Shown: positions 23,146 to 37,040, counted from the stretch's first letter. The stretch is DNA of 64,000 nt from Mobula hypostoma (GCF_963921235.1 NC_086108.1:36892001-36956000), one strand, 5' to 3'. Program-made: numbers and translations. Notes: generated from the letters alone by a model not told the origin.

Positions 23146-24618
23146 TTCAGATTTGGTCCCCTCAACTAACAGTTAACAGCAGAGAAACCACCTTACCCAA
23201 ATACTCATTTATTCATGTATGATATAAGTGCAGAGTAACTTTTCCTGAGTTGAACTCCAGAGATTGAGGCACAGTCCCAACATAAACCAAGTGACAAACA
23301 GGCAATAGATTCCCAAACAGACATAATGACTAGGATTTGTTCAGTCTGCTATGAGCACTGACCTTCAGACAAATTGAAACTTAAATTAACTCCTATAAAA
23401 GTTCCCAATGTCTCTTGAAGTCACAACACCTCCTCTTTAGGGGGTGTATACCAGCTTTAATTAGTCCGGCTTCCACTCATGATTCTGGTTTCCTTCAGTG
23501 AAATGGATCTAATGAATAAACTCAAGCTGGCTGCGTAGAAGTCAGATGGATATGTAGGCAGTACAAATTTGCTCTGTTGTCTGTATGGGAAAGAATGGAC
23601 ATAGGTTGATTTTCCATCATGAAACCTGCAGCTGTTTTTAAGGGGATCAAATATATCCCCAGTGATCTTCATTTCTCAACAGTTGTGTGGGATGTCATTA
23701 TACAACCATGGTGATGAGCCAGCTGATACAGTTTTCAAAGGAATACAGGACTCAGCAAGAAGCTTTGTAACATGGTTGCAAAGTATTTATTCAGCTGTTG
23801 CTTTTTGAAGTTGTATGATTTCCTTCTCAGCATTAATTGATCACATGCTTCAGGAAAAGGAATATGCTGCAGGGTGGTTTTATAGAGCTAATTAAGTACT
23901 GCTCTCTTGACCTTATCAACTCTGTTCTCAAAGTGCACATGTGGTGATGTTTACTTCAGACTGATCTTTGTTGAACTGCAGAGGTTTATCCAGTTCATCC
24001 TCAACAGATTTCCCACATATAAGAGTATGTTCTTTATTTCCATCTTTCTTTTGTTTACATATACACAATCTTTTGTCTAAATTTTGTCTCTAGTTGTCTC
24101 TGATAAATGCATATGGTATTATTAACTTCCATTATACTGCACTGCACTTCTGAAAATTCATTGTTTGAATATTACCTTTGGAATCTTACTACAAAGAAAA
24201 CAGTTATTTGAACCTCTGAAAAATATGTTCTATTAATTTTACTTCCCTGCTTTTCCAAGAATGTCTTATAAGTCTTTTCTTCTCAAGAATTTATCAAATT
24301 CAGTTTTGAATGTAACAATTGAATTTACTTGATCTGGCCTTTCAGGCTTGTATTTCAGATTCAAGCAAGTTCCTGCATAAGTAAGCTCTTCCTCATCTCC
24401 CTTCTGTAAATGGAAGTGGTTTCTCCCAATACACACTAATTAATGTGTTGAATAACTCTTGGATTTGCTGTAAGAATCCATGAATATAGTTCAAATGGAA
24501 TCAGATGGTGTGCACTATTCTGAAAGATGTCTTAAAATGATGGTGCAAAAGTGCTCCATCACCAGTACCCTCCCTTTGACATGTTCACACAAATTCTGTC
24601 CAGTGCAACCAACTGCAG

Positions 24619-26630
24619 TCTTCTTCTTCTTCCTTTGTGGTAATGGTGGCTTGTATCTGTCAGGAAGGTGCATCACCGCCACCTACTGTAACCTAGGTAT
24701 GCACCTAGGTATGAAGGTAGCCATGAAAGGAATCAGAATACCTTCCAAACCTGTTTTAATTAAAAAGGTCATCAGGGTCCTTCATGACTTAACCACCCCT
24801 GCCCCAGTTGTCAGAATATTCTGTAATCTAGCACTTTAGATCTACCCAATAATTGCTTAAACAGCTTCCCATGTTCCAACACATATCTGAGGCATACCGT
24901 GATCACAGGTTCTATCAAACCTGTGAGCCTACAAAACTCACATCACCCATTCCCATGCTTACCAACAAGTGCCAAAGTAGGGTGCAAACCCGTACATCCA
25001 AATTTCAGTCTCGCCAACCACACACCTTTCCTCCTATTCCTTCCCAAAAGGCATCGCCTCTGGATTGAAGGAAACGAATTGTATTACCACCCCTCTGTCC
25101 TACTCCTATCGTATATGTTAACTCGGGGGCTGTGCACAATCTGGATTTGATGGAGACAGCCGTGAGAAGCACGGAGGAACACCTGGAGTAACTTCTGGAA
25201 TGCCTGCTTTGCTGCTGCTGCTACTGTGCGATCGAGAATCTCTGAAGGGGAAGGCCTCAAATCCTCGGTTTTGCCTATTGCCTGTTGCCCTGGCCAGGGT
25301 CGAAGCACTTGGCAGAGATGGTGCTCGGTGCTCGGTGTCGGAGAGCTGGTCGGAGGCTTGGAGTTTTTGGACAGACTTGGAGTTGGACTGTGGTCGGATG
25401 CTTCCAGGATGCTGCATCGGCAAGTTGGTGGCGCTGGAGGTTCACCGTCTGCGTGAAATAATGGGACTTTCGAGAGACTTTGAGACTTCTACCGTGCCAT
25501 GGTCTGTTCTTATCAAATTACAGTATTGATTTGCACTGTTGTAACTATATGTTATAATTATGTGGTTTTTGTTAGTTTTTAAGTTGGTTTGTCATGTGTT
25601 TCTATGATATCATTCTGGAAAAACATTGTATCATTTCTTAATGCATGCTAAATGCATACTAAGTGACAATAAAAGAGGACTGCGTGTCTTCATAATCTAA
25701 TCTAATCAATTCCACAATTTCTGCTTTTTCCCAATCACAGCCAACCAAGAACAAGATTCGGCTTCATACTTCCCCATATTAACTATAATATCTTTCTCCG
25801 ACTTAGTAAGTGCCTGTTTTGCTTTAACATCTGCCCTGTCATTACCTAATACACCCACATGTTCAGGTACCCAACAAAACTATACTACTATTCCCACACT
25901 CTCCAGAACATATAGATTATGATGCACTTCCATCAACAGGTCAGGTCTCCTTGAACACTTCGATTCCAAACTCTGCAGTACAGAGGAAGAGTCTGAGCAA
26001 ATGGTCACTTTGTTTGGCTTAACCAGTTTAACCCATTGCAGACTAATAATAATGGTCAATTATTCTGCTGTATAGACAGACAATCCATCGGTCAGCCTTT
26101 TCCCTACCTAAATATTAAACTAGGGGATAAATATCCCTGAGCTCTTCTGGTTACTAACTGGGTCTTAGAATCATCTGTAACGATAGGTAAAAGGGAAAAA
26201 TACTGCTCCTGTAAATGACCAGACACCCTATCACCACCCACAAGATCCTGTGATTCCTCCAGTAATGTCAAATCTATTCCCACATCTGGAAGTTTCCATG
26301 GTGGAACACTTGACCAGGGCACAGTTGGGATAATCTGCAAATCCCCAAGACCATGCTCCCGCACATAGTCCCTAATTATCCTCTAAAAACATTTACCAAC
26401 TCTGCTCGTGTGTCCCCAACAATCCGATGGGATGCCCTCCACCCTACTAAGGAAATCCACTCTATTTTTCTCTCCGTAGGTCAAGAGGCTTCTCACCCAG
26501 TTCAACCCCCGAACGCATTTCCGGGTATGGTCCAGAATGCTCCACAACAGATTCTAATTGCACTGGCCTGTAGAACTTCCAACCAGCAGAACACGGTGTC
26601 TTCCCAGTACTCCAGTGTATTTAATTGGTG
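24619..26630 (-). mobile_element. Nimb/I-clade LINE 3' fragment with RNase H and C-terminal Zn knuckle
   Basis: Minus strand: IVTDDSK, SVYTAE, ICSDSSSVLQSL, CWVPEHVGVLGNDRADVKAK, RLKFGCTGL...CEFC. The 3' end reads GTAGGTGGCGGTGATGCACC...(GAA)n. Confidence 0.8.
25142..25707 (+). mobile_element. Non-coding retroposon (SINE or LINE 3' UTR) inserted in the Nimb element
   Basis: CpG-rich head, AATAAA plus (TAATC)n tail, AATC at both junctions. The Nimb coding sequence resumes across it. Confidence 0.65.
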
Positions 26631-28433
26631 AGATCTGTGTATTTTGAAAGTAGATTTACTTTGAATCATAAACTTGAATTTTGAGAAGTAAATAATCAGT
26701 TTATAGTACTACCTTTTAGAGTTTTGGTGCATTGGTCAAAGTTGATATTAACATAAGCAATCCTTGTATAAGTACCTCAAATATAAAAATTCTTTGACAG
26801 GTCAAATTAAGGGGTTTAAATTGGAATGCTGTTTTGAAAAAAAAACATCTTTGTTGACCTTATCCTCATTGTACAAGCAGCATAGCCCAACACCTTGCAG
26901 ATGACTAGTCTTAACCAAAGGCTCAGTTTCCAATGAACTGAATGTTGTACAATATAGGTTCTAAATACACAACATAGAAGCAAATACCTGCTTTCTTTAT
27001 GCTAAAACGCATTTAATAAATAGAATTTTGAACAGGAATTCCAAAACAAAAGCATCAAAAGAAGTTGAATGAGAAAGCTGAACATGTAAATAGAATTGAA
27101 ATTCCAGATTACAATCTTGAATGTATTTAGTTTTACCAGAAGTACAAAGGGAAGTGTGACTAAACTAATATAAATGCTTCCCCAATATCTTACTTTTTGA
27201 ACTGTGAAACAGAATATTGATAGCCTGGTGAAAGGAATTTGTAGGTTCATGTGCAGCATTCTTAATAAATTTTTAATGTGGATGGAATAAATTTTGCACT
27301 TTTATTTTTTTCAGAAAGCTTGCCTAGTTATATTTTATTTCCTTCACCTACCTGGTCCTTTCATCCTTTATAAGTATTCATTTTATTTTCAGGAGTTTAT
27401 ATTTCATTAAATTATTGCGTGCTCTGATTACATCATCTCTGCAGGTTGAAAGCATTGGGGCTTGCACTTGGAGCAATGTTGACATACAGCATTGTTTTGA
27501 TCTTTGTCCCGGGAGTAAGTTTGGGGATCAAGGATTTTAAATTCCTTGTGTTCCTCCAGTGTTTGGAGGACTCCTTGAAAATTTCTCAAATTCCTTGAGT
27601 GTAAGAGGCTGGACATTATACAGTGAGAGAAAGGGAAAGTGAGAGAGAGACAGAGAAATTTTAATCTGTATCACAATTATGTCTTGCAATCATGTCACAA
27701 CTATTCACCTAGTAAACCAATAACACCCAATATATGAGTGATGAAGATGCATTGTGTTGTGCAGAGCTGAGGCAGGCAGTTCACCGCTGTGAAATAAGAT
27801 TTAGAGATTTAGCCACTTGTGTCTGTGAGGTCACTTAAATTCTTCCAGCATTTCTTCCATGTGCCCGGAACTTGACTACTTCCATTCAACTTATTTGCAT
27901 CCTCCACCCACTGAGGCTTAACCATCTGCCTGGTGGAGTTCTTAGCTCTCTAAGGGCAGGGTTATTGTTGCCTTGTGCACAAAGGTTTGTAGAAACACAT
28001 CTGAAGTTCAAGATAAATCTCTCATTCATCAGCATTGATTTCCATCAGCTTGTGAAATGACTTTCATCACCAGCTGCAGTAAAAGCACCTTCTCTTGAAG
28101 AAGTGTAGGCCAGAATTCAGTCAGCGTGATTCAACTAATGGTTGTCACTCATTACATTAGGGTTGCAAAGTTGTACATAGCTGATTGGATGATGAAAATA
28201 TGGTAGAGAGGCTGCTGCATGTATTTTGTGTGCATCTTGCTTTGGAGTGAACAAGCATTATGATGCTACTGTGTTTTTCCACTGTCATCCAATTTAAACA
28301 CTATTATTCACTGGAGGCTGTATCCATTGAGGCGATATGGGTAGGACTATGAAAGTGCAATCAAATGTGCTATTGGCTACCCAAAAGGAGTGGGAGATGG
28401 AGGAATAGGTGTCCAGGCAGATTACGGAAAGGT

Positions 28434-31400
28434 TTTTTGAGCAGAGGTAGGAAGTGTGAGAAATCATTGCTCAGTCAGATTCGCCAATTGAATGGATAAG
28501 GTATCGACTCACGGCACTTTGGTGTTTTGAGCAGCAGCCAATCAGCAATCGGGTTTCCTTGGCAAGAACCAATTAGATAAGGTAATGGCAAGCACAGCAG
28601 CCTCTGCTGGAGTGGATTTCAATGAGAGTCAGGATCTTGAGGCTTTAGCGAGGAAGAAGCTTCAGTCGGAGAGAGTGAAAACCTGCAGGTAGATTCCCTC
28701 ACACAGTTCATTTATTGTTTTTCCTCAGTTTGAACAGAAGGGATGCCAGGCAGGATAGTTGAATGCTCCTCTTGTGGGATATAGGAAGACAGGGAGGCCC
28801 CCAGTGTCCCTGATGACTACAAATTTGAGAAATGCATCCAGCTGCAGCTTCTAACAATCCATGTTAAGGAATTGGAGGAGGAACTGGATGAACTCTGGAT
28901 CATTTGGGAGGCTGAAGTGGTGATAGATAGGAGATATAGAAAGGTAGTTATACCCAAGGTACAGGACACAGGAAACTGGGTGATAGTCAGGAAGGGGAAA
29001 GTTTAACAGGCAATGCAAAGTACCATTGTACCCACCCCCTTCATTAACAGGTTTGGATACCTTGCATACTGTTGGTGAGAGTGACCTAGCAGAGGAAAGT
29101 CACAGCAGTCAAGTCTCTATCACCGAGACTGGCTCTGTGACTCAGAAGGAATAATGGATTCATTAGTTAGGAGAACAGAAGGAAGATTCTGTGGATGGGA
29201 ATGAGATTCCTGGATGGTATGTTGCCTCCCAGTTGCCAGAGTCTGGGACATCTCGGATCGAGTCCTCAGCATCTTTAAGTGGGAGGATGAACAGCCAGAT
29301 GTCATTGTCCATGTAGATGCCAATGACATAGGTAGGAGAGTGAGGAGGTTCTGCAAAGTGAGCTCAGGGTGTTAGGTGCTGAGTTAAAGGGCAGGACGTC
29401 CAGGGTTGTGATCAGCAGATTGATACCTGTGTCACATACTGGTGAGGCCAAAAATAGGAAGAGTATACAATTTAACATGTGGCTAAGCAGTTGGTGTAGG
29501 AAGGAGGGCATCAGATCATTGGGCTGTCATCCAGGGAAGGTGGGACCTGTGCAAAAGAGATAGTTTGCACCTGAACTGGAGGGGGACTAATATCCTAGTG
29601 AGAAGGTTTGCTAGTGCTGCACAGGAGGATTTAAGATAGAGTTGTACAGGAATAGGAGCCAGAGTGCCAGAACAGATAGTGGAGAGGTTCTGGATTCAGA
29701 TGTTGTTAAGACCACAGACAAAGTCAGGAATCAAAAGACTGAGCAAAGTGCAAGTAATGTGCTAGGCTGTGTACATTTCAATGCAAGAAGTATTGTAGGA
29801 AGTGCAGATGAGCGCAGGGCATGGATCAACACATGGAATCACGATATTGTAGCCATTAGTGAGACTTGCTTGCAGGAGGGGCAGGACTGGCAGCTCAATA
29901 TTCTGGCAGTGTGGGCAGGATTAAAGGAGGAGGTATGGCATTATTAGTCAGGGAAATGCCATAGCAGTGCTCAGTCAGGACAGACTGGAGAACTCATCTA
30001 GTGAGGCATTAAGGGTGGAACTGAGGCATGAGGAAGGTACGAGATGTTAATGGGGCTATATTACAGACCACCCAACAGCCCGAGGGACTGTTGCGTGAAA
30101 AATGAGATTGTTACAGTAGGTGATTTTAACTTTGCACACATTGCCTGTAAAAGGACTAGATAGAATAGAGTTTGTCAAATCTGTTCAGGAAAGTTTCCTT
30201 CATCAGTAAGTAGAAATCCCAATGAGAGAGTGTGCGATACAAGACCTCCTATTATGGAATAAGACAGGTCAGGTGACAGAAGTTTGTGTGGGAGAACATT
30301 TTGCATCTAGTGATCATGATATCATTTCTTTCAAGGTAATTATGGAAAAGGATGGGTCTGATCCTCAGGTTGAGATTCTAAGTTGGAGAAGGACCAATTT
30401 TGATGATATCAGAAAGGATCTGGAAAGTGCAGATTGGGACAAACTGTTTTCTGGCAAAGATGTACTTGGTAAGTAGGAGGCCTTCAAAATCAGGAAGGCT
30501 AAGAGAAGGCATGAGGTTGCCCTCACAGATAAGGTGAAGGAGAATCCCAAGGGACTCTACAGATATTTTTTGAGCAAAAGGATTGCAAGGGACAAAATTG
30601 ATCCACTGGAAGATTAGAATAGTAATCCTTCAGTGGAGCCAAAAGAGATGGGGAGATCTTAAACGAATCTTTGCATCAGTATAACTCAGGAAACAGACAC
30701 AGTGTCTATAGAAATGAGGTAAAGCTGCATCGACTTCACGGACCCTATAGAGAGGGGGAGGTGTTTGCTGTATTGAGGCAAGTAAAGGGGCAGGATAAAT
30801 CCCCGGTGCTTGATAAGGTATTTCCTTGGACCCTGTAGGAGGCAAATGCAAAAACTGCAGGGTAGCAGAGATATTTAAATAATCCATTGTGACAGGTGAG
30901 ATACCAGAGGGTTGGAGAATAGCTAATGATCTTCTGCTGTTTAAGAAAGGCTCTAAATTTAAACCAGGAAATTATAGACTGGTGAGCCTGACATCAGTAG
31001 TGGGAATGTTATTGGAAGGTATTCTAAGGGGCCAGATATATGAGTATTTGGATAGATATGGACTGTGTAGGGATAGTTAGCAAGGCCTTGTGCATGGTAG
31101 GGCATGTCTAATCTTATAGAATTTTGTGAGGATGTTACCAGTAAAGTTGTTGAAGGCAAGGCAGTGGATGTTGCCTACATGGACCTTAGCAAGGCACTTG
31201 ACAAGATCCTACATGGGAGATTGATCAAAAAAGTTCAGTCACTTGGCATTCAAAATGAGATAGTAAATTGGATTAGACATCTGTGGGTGAAGCTAGAGAG
31301 TGGTGGTAGATGGTTGCCTCTATGACTGGAGGACTATGACTAGTATAGTGCCACAGGGATTGGTGCTGGGTCCATTGTTAATTGTCATCTATATCAATGA

Positions 31401-32368
31401 CCTGGACGATAATGTGGTTAACTGGATCGGTAGATCTTCAGATGACACCAACATTAGGGGTGTAATGGACAGTGAGGAACTCAATCAGAACTTGTACTGC
31501 AAATCTGAACCAGCTGGAAAAATGGGCTGAAAAACGACATATTAGATTTAACGCAGACAAGTGTGAGGTGTTGCACTTTGGCAGGACCAACCAGGGTTAG
31601 TCTTACACAGTGAATTCAGACTTCGGAATTCAGAATGGTAGGGCACTGAGGAATGCTGTAGAACAAAGGGATCTGGGAATAAAGGTCCACAATTCATTGA
31701 AAGTGGTGTCACAGAGAGACTGGGTTGTAAAGAAAGCTTTTGTCACATTGACCTTCATAAATCAAAGTATCGAGTACAGGAGATGGGATATTATGTTGAA
31801 ATTGTATAAGACATTGATGAGACCTAATTTGGAGTATTGTGTGCAGGCTTGGTTACCTACTTACAGGAAAGATGTAAGCAAGGTAAGAAAGAATACAGAG
31901 AAAACTCATAAGGATTTTGCCAGGTCTGGAGGACCTGAGTTATAGAGAAAGATGGAATAGATTAGGACTATATCCATGGAATGTAGATGATTAAGGGGAG
32001 ATTTGATAGAGGTATACAAGATTATGAGGGGTATAGATAGGGTAAATGCAAGCAGGCTTTTTCCACTGAGGTTGGATGGGACAACAATTAGAGGTCATGG
32101 GTTAAGGATGAAAGGTGAAAAGTTTAAAGGGAACATGAGGGGAAACTTCTTCACTCAGAAGATCGTGATTGTGGAATGAGCTGCCAGCGCAAATGGAGCA
32201 TGCCAGCTCAATTTCAATGTTTAAGAGAAGTTTGGATGGTAGGCCCTATGGAGGGCTATGGTCCCGGTGCATTTTGATAGGAGTAGGCAGTTTCAGTGTT
32301 TGGCATGGACTGGCTGAATGGCCTGTTTCTGTGGTGTATTTTTTCTATGACTTCTCTGACTCTATGTG
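28434..32368 (+). mobile_element. Near-full-length decayed CR1 with Zn-finger/SGNH-esterase ORF1 and APE-RT ORF2
   Basis: ORF1 from 28743: ECSSCG...KCIQLQLL, DSLVRR, VCCLP.ARV, IVHVDANDIG, DSLHLNWRGT. ORF2: FNARSI, AISET, YRPP, SDHD, GNYRLVSLTS, PQGLVLGP, RPNLEYC. Ends in a (CTATGA)-type tail. Confidence 0.85.
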
Positions 32369-32670
32369 AATGCAACAGGGTTGTTGTATTAGGTGACTTT
32401 AATTTCCCCAATATTGATTGCGAATTCTTGAGTGCAGAAATTAGATGGACAGGGTTTGTTATGTGCATTCAGGGCTGTTTCTTGAAATGGTATGTAGGTA
32501 ATGTCGTGAAGGGGCTATACTGGAACTTGTACTGAGAAGTGACCCAGGCCAGTTTCAGTGGGAAAGCAATGTGCAACAATGTTCATAACTCTTCAAGTTT
32601 CAAGTTGCTTATGGAAAAGGGTAAGAGAGAACCACAGGGGTGGGAAGAATGCTACATTGGAGAAGTTTGA
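32369..32670 (+). mobile_element. Older CR1 endonuclease fragment (5' part at 28330-28433) that hosts the 28434-32368 CR1
   Basis: RQITER at about 28415-28433 joins NRVVVLGDFNFPNID at 32374. Confidence 0.6.
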
Positions 32671-34485
32671 GAGTCATGGAGTTATATAGCATGATGACAA
32701 ACCTTTCAACTCAACTCATCCATTCCAATTATGGTGTCTTCTTGAGAAGTTTCATCCACCTCCATTTAACCCATATTCTGCTGAACCTTTCCTATCTATA
32801 AACTTGTCCATAAGTCTTCTAAACATTGTAATTGTATCTCTCAACCAGTTCCTCAGACAAATTATTCCAGATACGTATGTGTGTGTGAAAATCTTGCCCT
32901 CTGTTCACTTTCCCGGTTGATCTACATCCTGTTATAACCTTAGACAACCTTCTTCACTGCCCACGACATCCCCAATTTCAGTGCCATTTGCAAACCTACT
33001 AATCAGGTCACCTACATTCTCATTCAGATCTTGAATATATATGGCAAACAACCGAAGGCCCACCACCAATCCCTGCGACTGATAGACAAAGTCCAGACAG
33101 CTGGGATTGGTTTAAATTGGCATCATGGTTGGCACAGATATGATGGACCGAAGGGCCTTTACCTGTGCTGTATGTACTGTTCTGTGTTCCATGGTGAATC
33201 TGTTCCTGCATATCATCACTTGCAGAATCATTTGTTTTGTCTATGTGAAGCTTTTAGTTACTGAATATATTTTCAGTAAAACATAGCTATTTGTAAAGGT
33301 TAATTTACAATTGAAATGAATGGATTTTTTAAGTGTGTGGTCCTTTGACTCACATAGTAAAGCAGTGTGAAAACAGCTGGATGCCAACAGTCTTATTTCC
33401 AATCACTTCAGCAAGAAAGCAAAATCAAATCTTCATTTAGTTACCCAGTCAGAACATTTCTAGTACAGCTTTAACTACTACACCACAAGCCCTTTGCATT
33501 CACCCCACTGCCATCAGAATTTAATGATCAGGAGAAGAGCTGAATTCATAGTGAAATGAAGCCAAACGTGAATTGAAATTAGATATATGGATTAGGAACA
33601 GTTGACAGCTGGAAGTTCAGCTATCCAGGCTGGTTACTAAAATGGGTGTAAGAATTTTTGAGCATGAACACTGAGTCATGCGGGCAAAGGTTAATTACTA
33701 ATCATAATTGCATCCCTAATTTTCCCTGAACTGAGTGCCTTGCTAATTCATTTCAAAGGGCAGTTAAGCACCAATCTATGGCTCTGAACTCACATATGGG
33801 TTAAGCCAAACCAGTTACGGATGGCAGATTTCCTTCCCTGGGGGATATTAGAGGACAAGTGAAGTTTTTTTTAACAGTTTAGTGTTTCACTATTAATGAG
33901 ACTATTCCAAATATATTTAATTAACTGAATGCATAATTAATTGAATTAATTAACTGTTCTCTCCACTGGGATTCAAATACGTATTGTTGAAAAGGGTAAG
34001 CAGCATTTAGGATTTTAATCAACATGGCATACCTGGGGTCCTGTGTCCAGGTTCAGGGACAAAATGAAAGATCTGTGAGGCTTCTGCTTGATATGGAACA
34101 CCGAAGTCCTAAAATGCACCCAGTCATCTATAATAGGCAGGCCACACTACTTGCACAAGTAATTTTAGTTTTCCCCAAAAAACAGACACTTTGTTTCAAG
34201 TTTTGTCATGAGAAGAGAGTACTAGGCAGACAGAGAAAAAAAACTTCAAGCATGTTCTCAAACCTGTTAAGAAATACATTATCCCCATTGACTCCTGGGA
34301 GGTCTTAGTTTATGACAATCGAATGAGGAAAGGAACATTTTGAATGACTTTGAGTTCTTTCATCGGGACCACACCGAAGGCCAGAGTAAACAATGAAAAA
34401 GGGGGCACTGGGCTCATCAATTGCTCATGTACCATCCTGCCCCATTTGCAGAAGACTCCCCATTAATTCATATCCTATAGAATCA

Positions 34486-35148
34486 GAAAGAAGAGAAAAT
34501 CTGCAGATGCTGGAAATCCAAGCAACACACACAAAATGCTGGAGGAACTCAGCAGGCCAGACAACATCTATGGAAAAAAGTACTGTCAATATTTCGAGCC
34601 GAAACCCTTCAGCAGAACTGGAGAAAAAAAAGGCTGAGGAGTAGATCTGAAAGGTGGAGGGAGGGGAGAGAGAAACACCAGGCGATAGTTGAAACCTGGA
34701 GGGGGAAGGATGAAGCAAAAAGATAGGAAGTTGATTGGTGAAAGAGACTGAAGGCCATGGAAGAACATTGATTTCTCAAATTTCCAGTAATGCCTCCATC
34801 CCCCCATTCAGATTCACTATATCCCATCTCCTTGTCCCTCTCTCACGTTATCTCCTTGTCTGCCCATTGCCTCTCTCTGATGCTCTTCCCCTCCCCCCCC
34901 AGCCCCTCTTTCTTCCATGGCCTTCTGTCTCTTTCACCAATCAACATCCCAGCTCTTTGCTTCATCCCTCCCCCTCCAGGTTTCACCTATCGCCTGGTGT
35001 TTCTCTCTTACCTCTTCCACCTTTCAAATCTCTTCAGCATTTTTTCTCCAGTCCTGCTGAAGGGTTTCGGCCCGAAACGTTGACTGTACTTTTTTCCATA
35101 GATGCTGCCTGGCCTGTTGAGTTCCTCCAGCCTTTTGTGTGTGTCATT
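34486..35148 (-). mobile_element. Fold-back PLE 3'-end element
   Basis: Minus arm 34486 to about 34760 with full tail. Plus arm from about 34761 to 35144 ends at TGTGTGTGT. Imperfect TSD TATAGAATCA/TACAGAATCA (34476-85 and 35149-58). Hammerhead-like motifs at 34584-34619(-) and 35050-35085(+). Confidence 0.85.
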
Positions 35149-35291
35149 TACAGAATCATAATGGACGTAAGTCTCCGTCCTGAAGAAAAGTTGAAGAAGA
35201 AGGTGTCACATATTACCTTAGGTGCCAGCAGGATAAACAGGACTTGGGATGATTGCGCTGCTGTAATTTGTGATGGACGAGTAAGGATATT

Positions 35292-35990
35292 AGATTCAGA
35301 TTTCTTTATCACGTGTACATGAAAGCCTAGCGTGAAATGCATTGTTTGCGTTAACAGACAACACACTCAAAGATGTGCTGGTGGCAGCCTGCAAGTGTTG
35401 CCACATATTCCTGTGCCGATATAGGATATCCACCAGGGTTGGCAGAGCAACACAGAGCACAACAAAACAGAACATACTATGTGACACACCAACAACAGCA
35501 AAACAAGCCCCATTTGTCACTCCCACCCACCCACTTACAAGCGTTCACAGTCTCTAACCCCAGCACAGGCTGTCCTTGGCCTCCAGCAGACATGTGGATT
35601 TGCAGACATTGGGCCCTTCGATTTTCCTGGCGGACTTGCAGAGATTTGCAGGCTCAGGACATGACCTAGGACTTGCCAATGACTATGAATGAGGACCCAA
35701 TCTCCAGGCCTTGAGCTCTGGACTTGCATTCCATGTGCCTGGGGGTGGTCACTGGCCCTTGTTCCTTGATGGTCTGCCAGCCTGACATCCAACTACATCC
35801 ACATCACTCACCTTTGAACACTTTGTGCTGTTCTCTAATTCTCCACATTCCTGCCCCTAAATCCTAACCTAATCCCTAACTCGCCTCTCTGTCTCAAAAA
35901 CCACACCTATGAACCTAAAGTAAACGGGACACACTAAATCTGAACCATGACCTTGATGGAGACATCAGCTTGGCATCGTCTTGACAGAAC
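35292..35990 (-). mobile_element. Non-autonomous retroposon sharing the V-SINE-type 3' tail
   Basis: 35292-35520 is the reverse complement of the tail seen at 10730-10930, 55270-55420 and 63580-63720. Confidence 0.55.
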
Positions 35991-36917
35991 ATTGAATAAT
36001 GTACTGCCTTCAATTTTGATCATGGTATTTCTGAGCATTGATTGGCAGTGGGTGATACACTCTAAACACCTCTAGGTTCCTGTTATTAGAATAATTTAAT
36101 TTGAGAGCTCAGTGCCAATGTGACTTAAACTAGCATTTTTTGCAAAATTTTGGGAGTTCTCGTTTAGCAGTACAAAGATTACATTTTTTATTTGGTGCAT
36201 ATTTGTTGTGTTAAATTCTGAATTTCCCAATGTATTGAGCATGGTAATTAATATTTTATGTTATGGCTGGAAGAAGAATTAGTGAGAAATAATGCACCCA
36301 AGAAAACAAACTGAGTTTAATGGGAGCAGGGATTCAGAAGAATTAGTTTCAATCAAATCTGTTCATTGCAATGGATTGAAGGGATTTACAACCTCGTTTT
36401 TAGAATGAGGAAAATAAATAATATGACTAGACTGGTTGTGAAGACATACCTGTGAAGCATTACTGATTACTAATAATTGGAAAGTTGTATTTGTACCTTT
36501 TAGTTTTGGGTACTGCCAAAAGTTAATTTTTCTAACAACTTCAATGAACAAAATCCTTATATTATTACTTCCCGTTGGTCTTAAATCCAGCTGAGCAAGA
36601 AGGATGTTTCTCAGACCATAGGTTGAATCAAAATTGTTTAAAGTACGTAAGTTGCTCCTTAAATCTGCTGTGGAAATAAAGTAGGGATGGGAAACATTCT
36701 TTGCATTGAAGAAAGTTCATATTGCTATATGTAATGATATCTGATGGCATTGGATCACAAATTGTCTAGTGCACATTTAATACATTGTCCTCAATGTACA
36801 GAAGTAAGACATTCTGCCCAACAGACCCAAATTTTCCATGGATGTTACTCCTCTCCTAAATATTCTGTATATAACATTTTCCATCTTCCAGTCCTGCTGC
36901 ACTGCCTTTTCCTGATA

Positions 36918-37040
36918 GACACGTGCAAAATGCTGGAGGAGCTCAACGGGTCTGGCAGCATCCATGGAAGTAAATGAACATTTGATGTTTTAGGCCAAGA
37001 CCCTTCATCAGGACTGAAAAGGAAGGGAGAAGTTAAAGGT
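36918..37040 (-). mobile_element. PLE pseudo-LTR fragment
   Basis: AAAATGCTGGAGGAGCTCAAC...GACCCTTCATCAGGACTG, with a degenerate hammerhead. Confidence 0.75.

Noticed and set aside
34735..35322. 195-aa ORF as a gene
   Set aside because: Low-complexity reading through the CT-rich PLE pseudo-LTR and its flanks.
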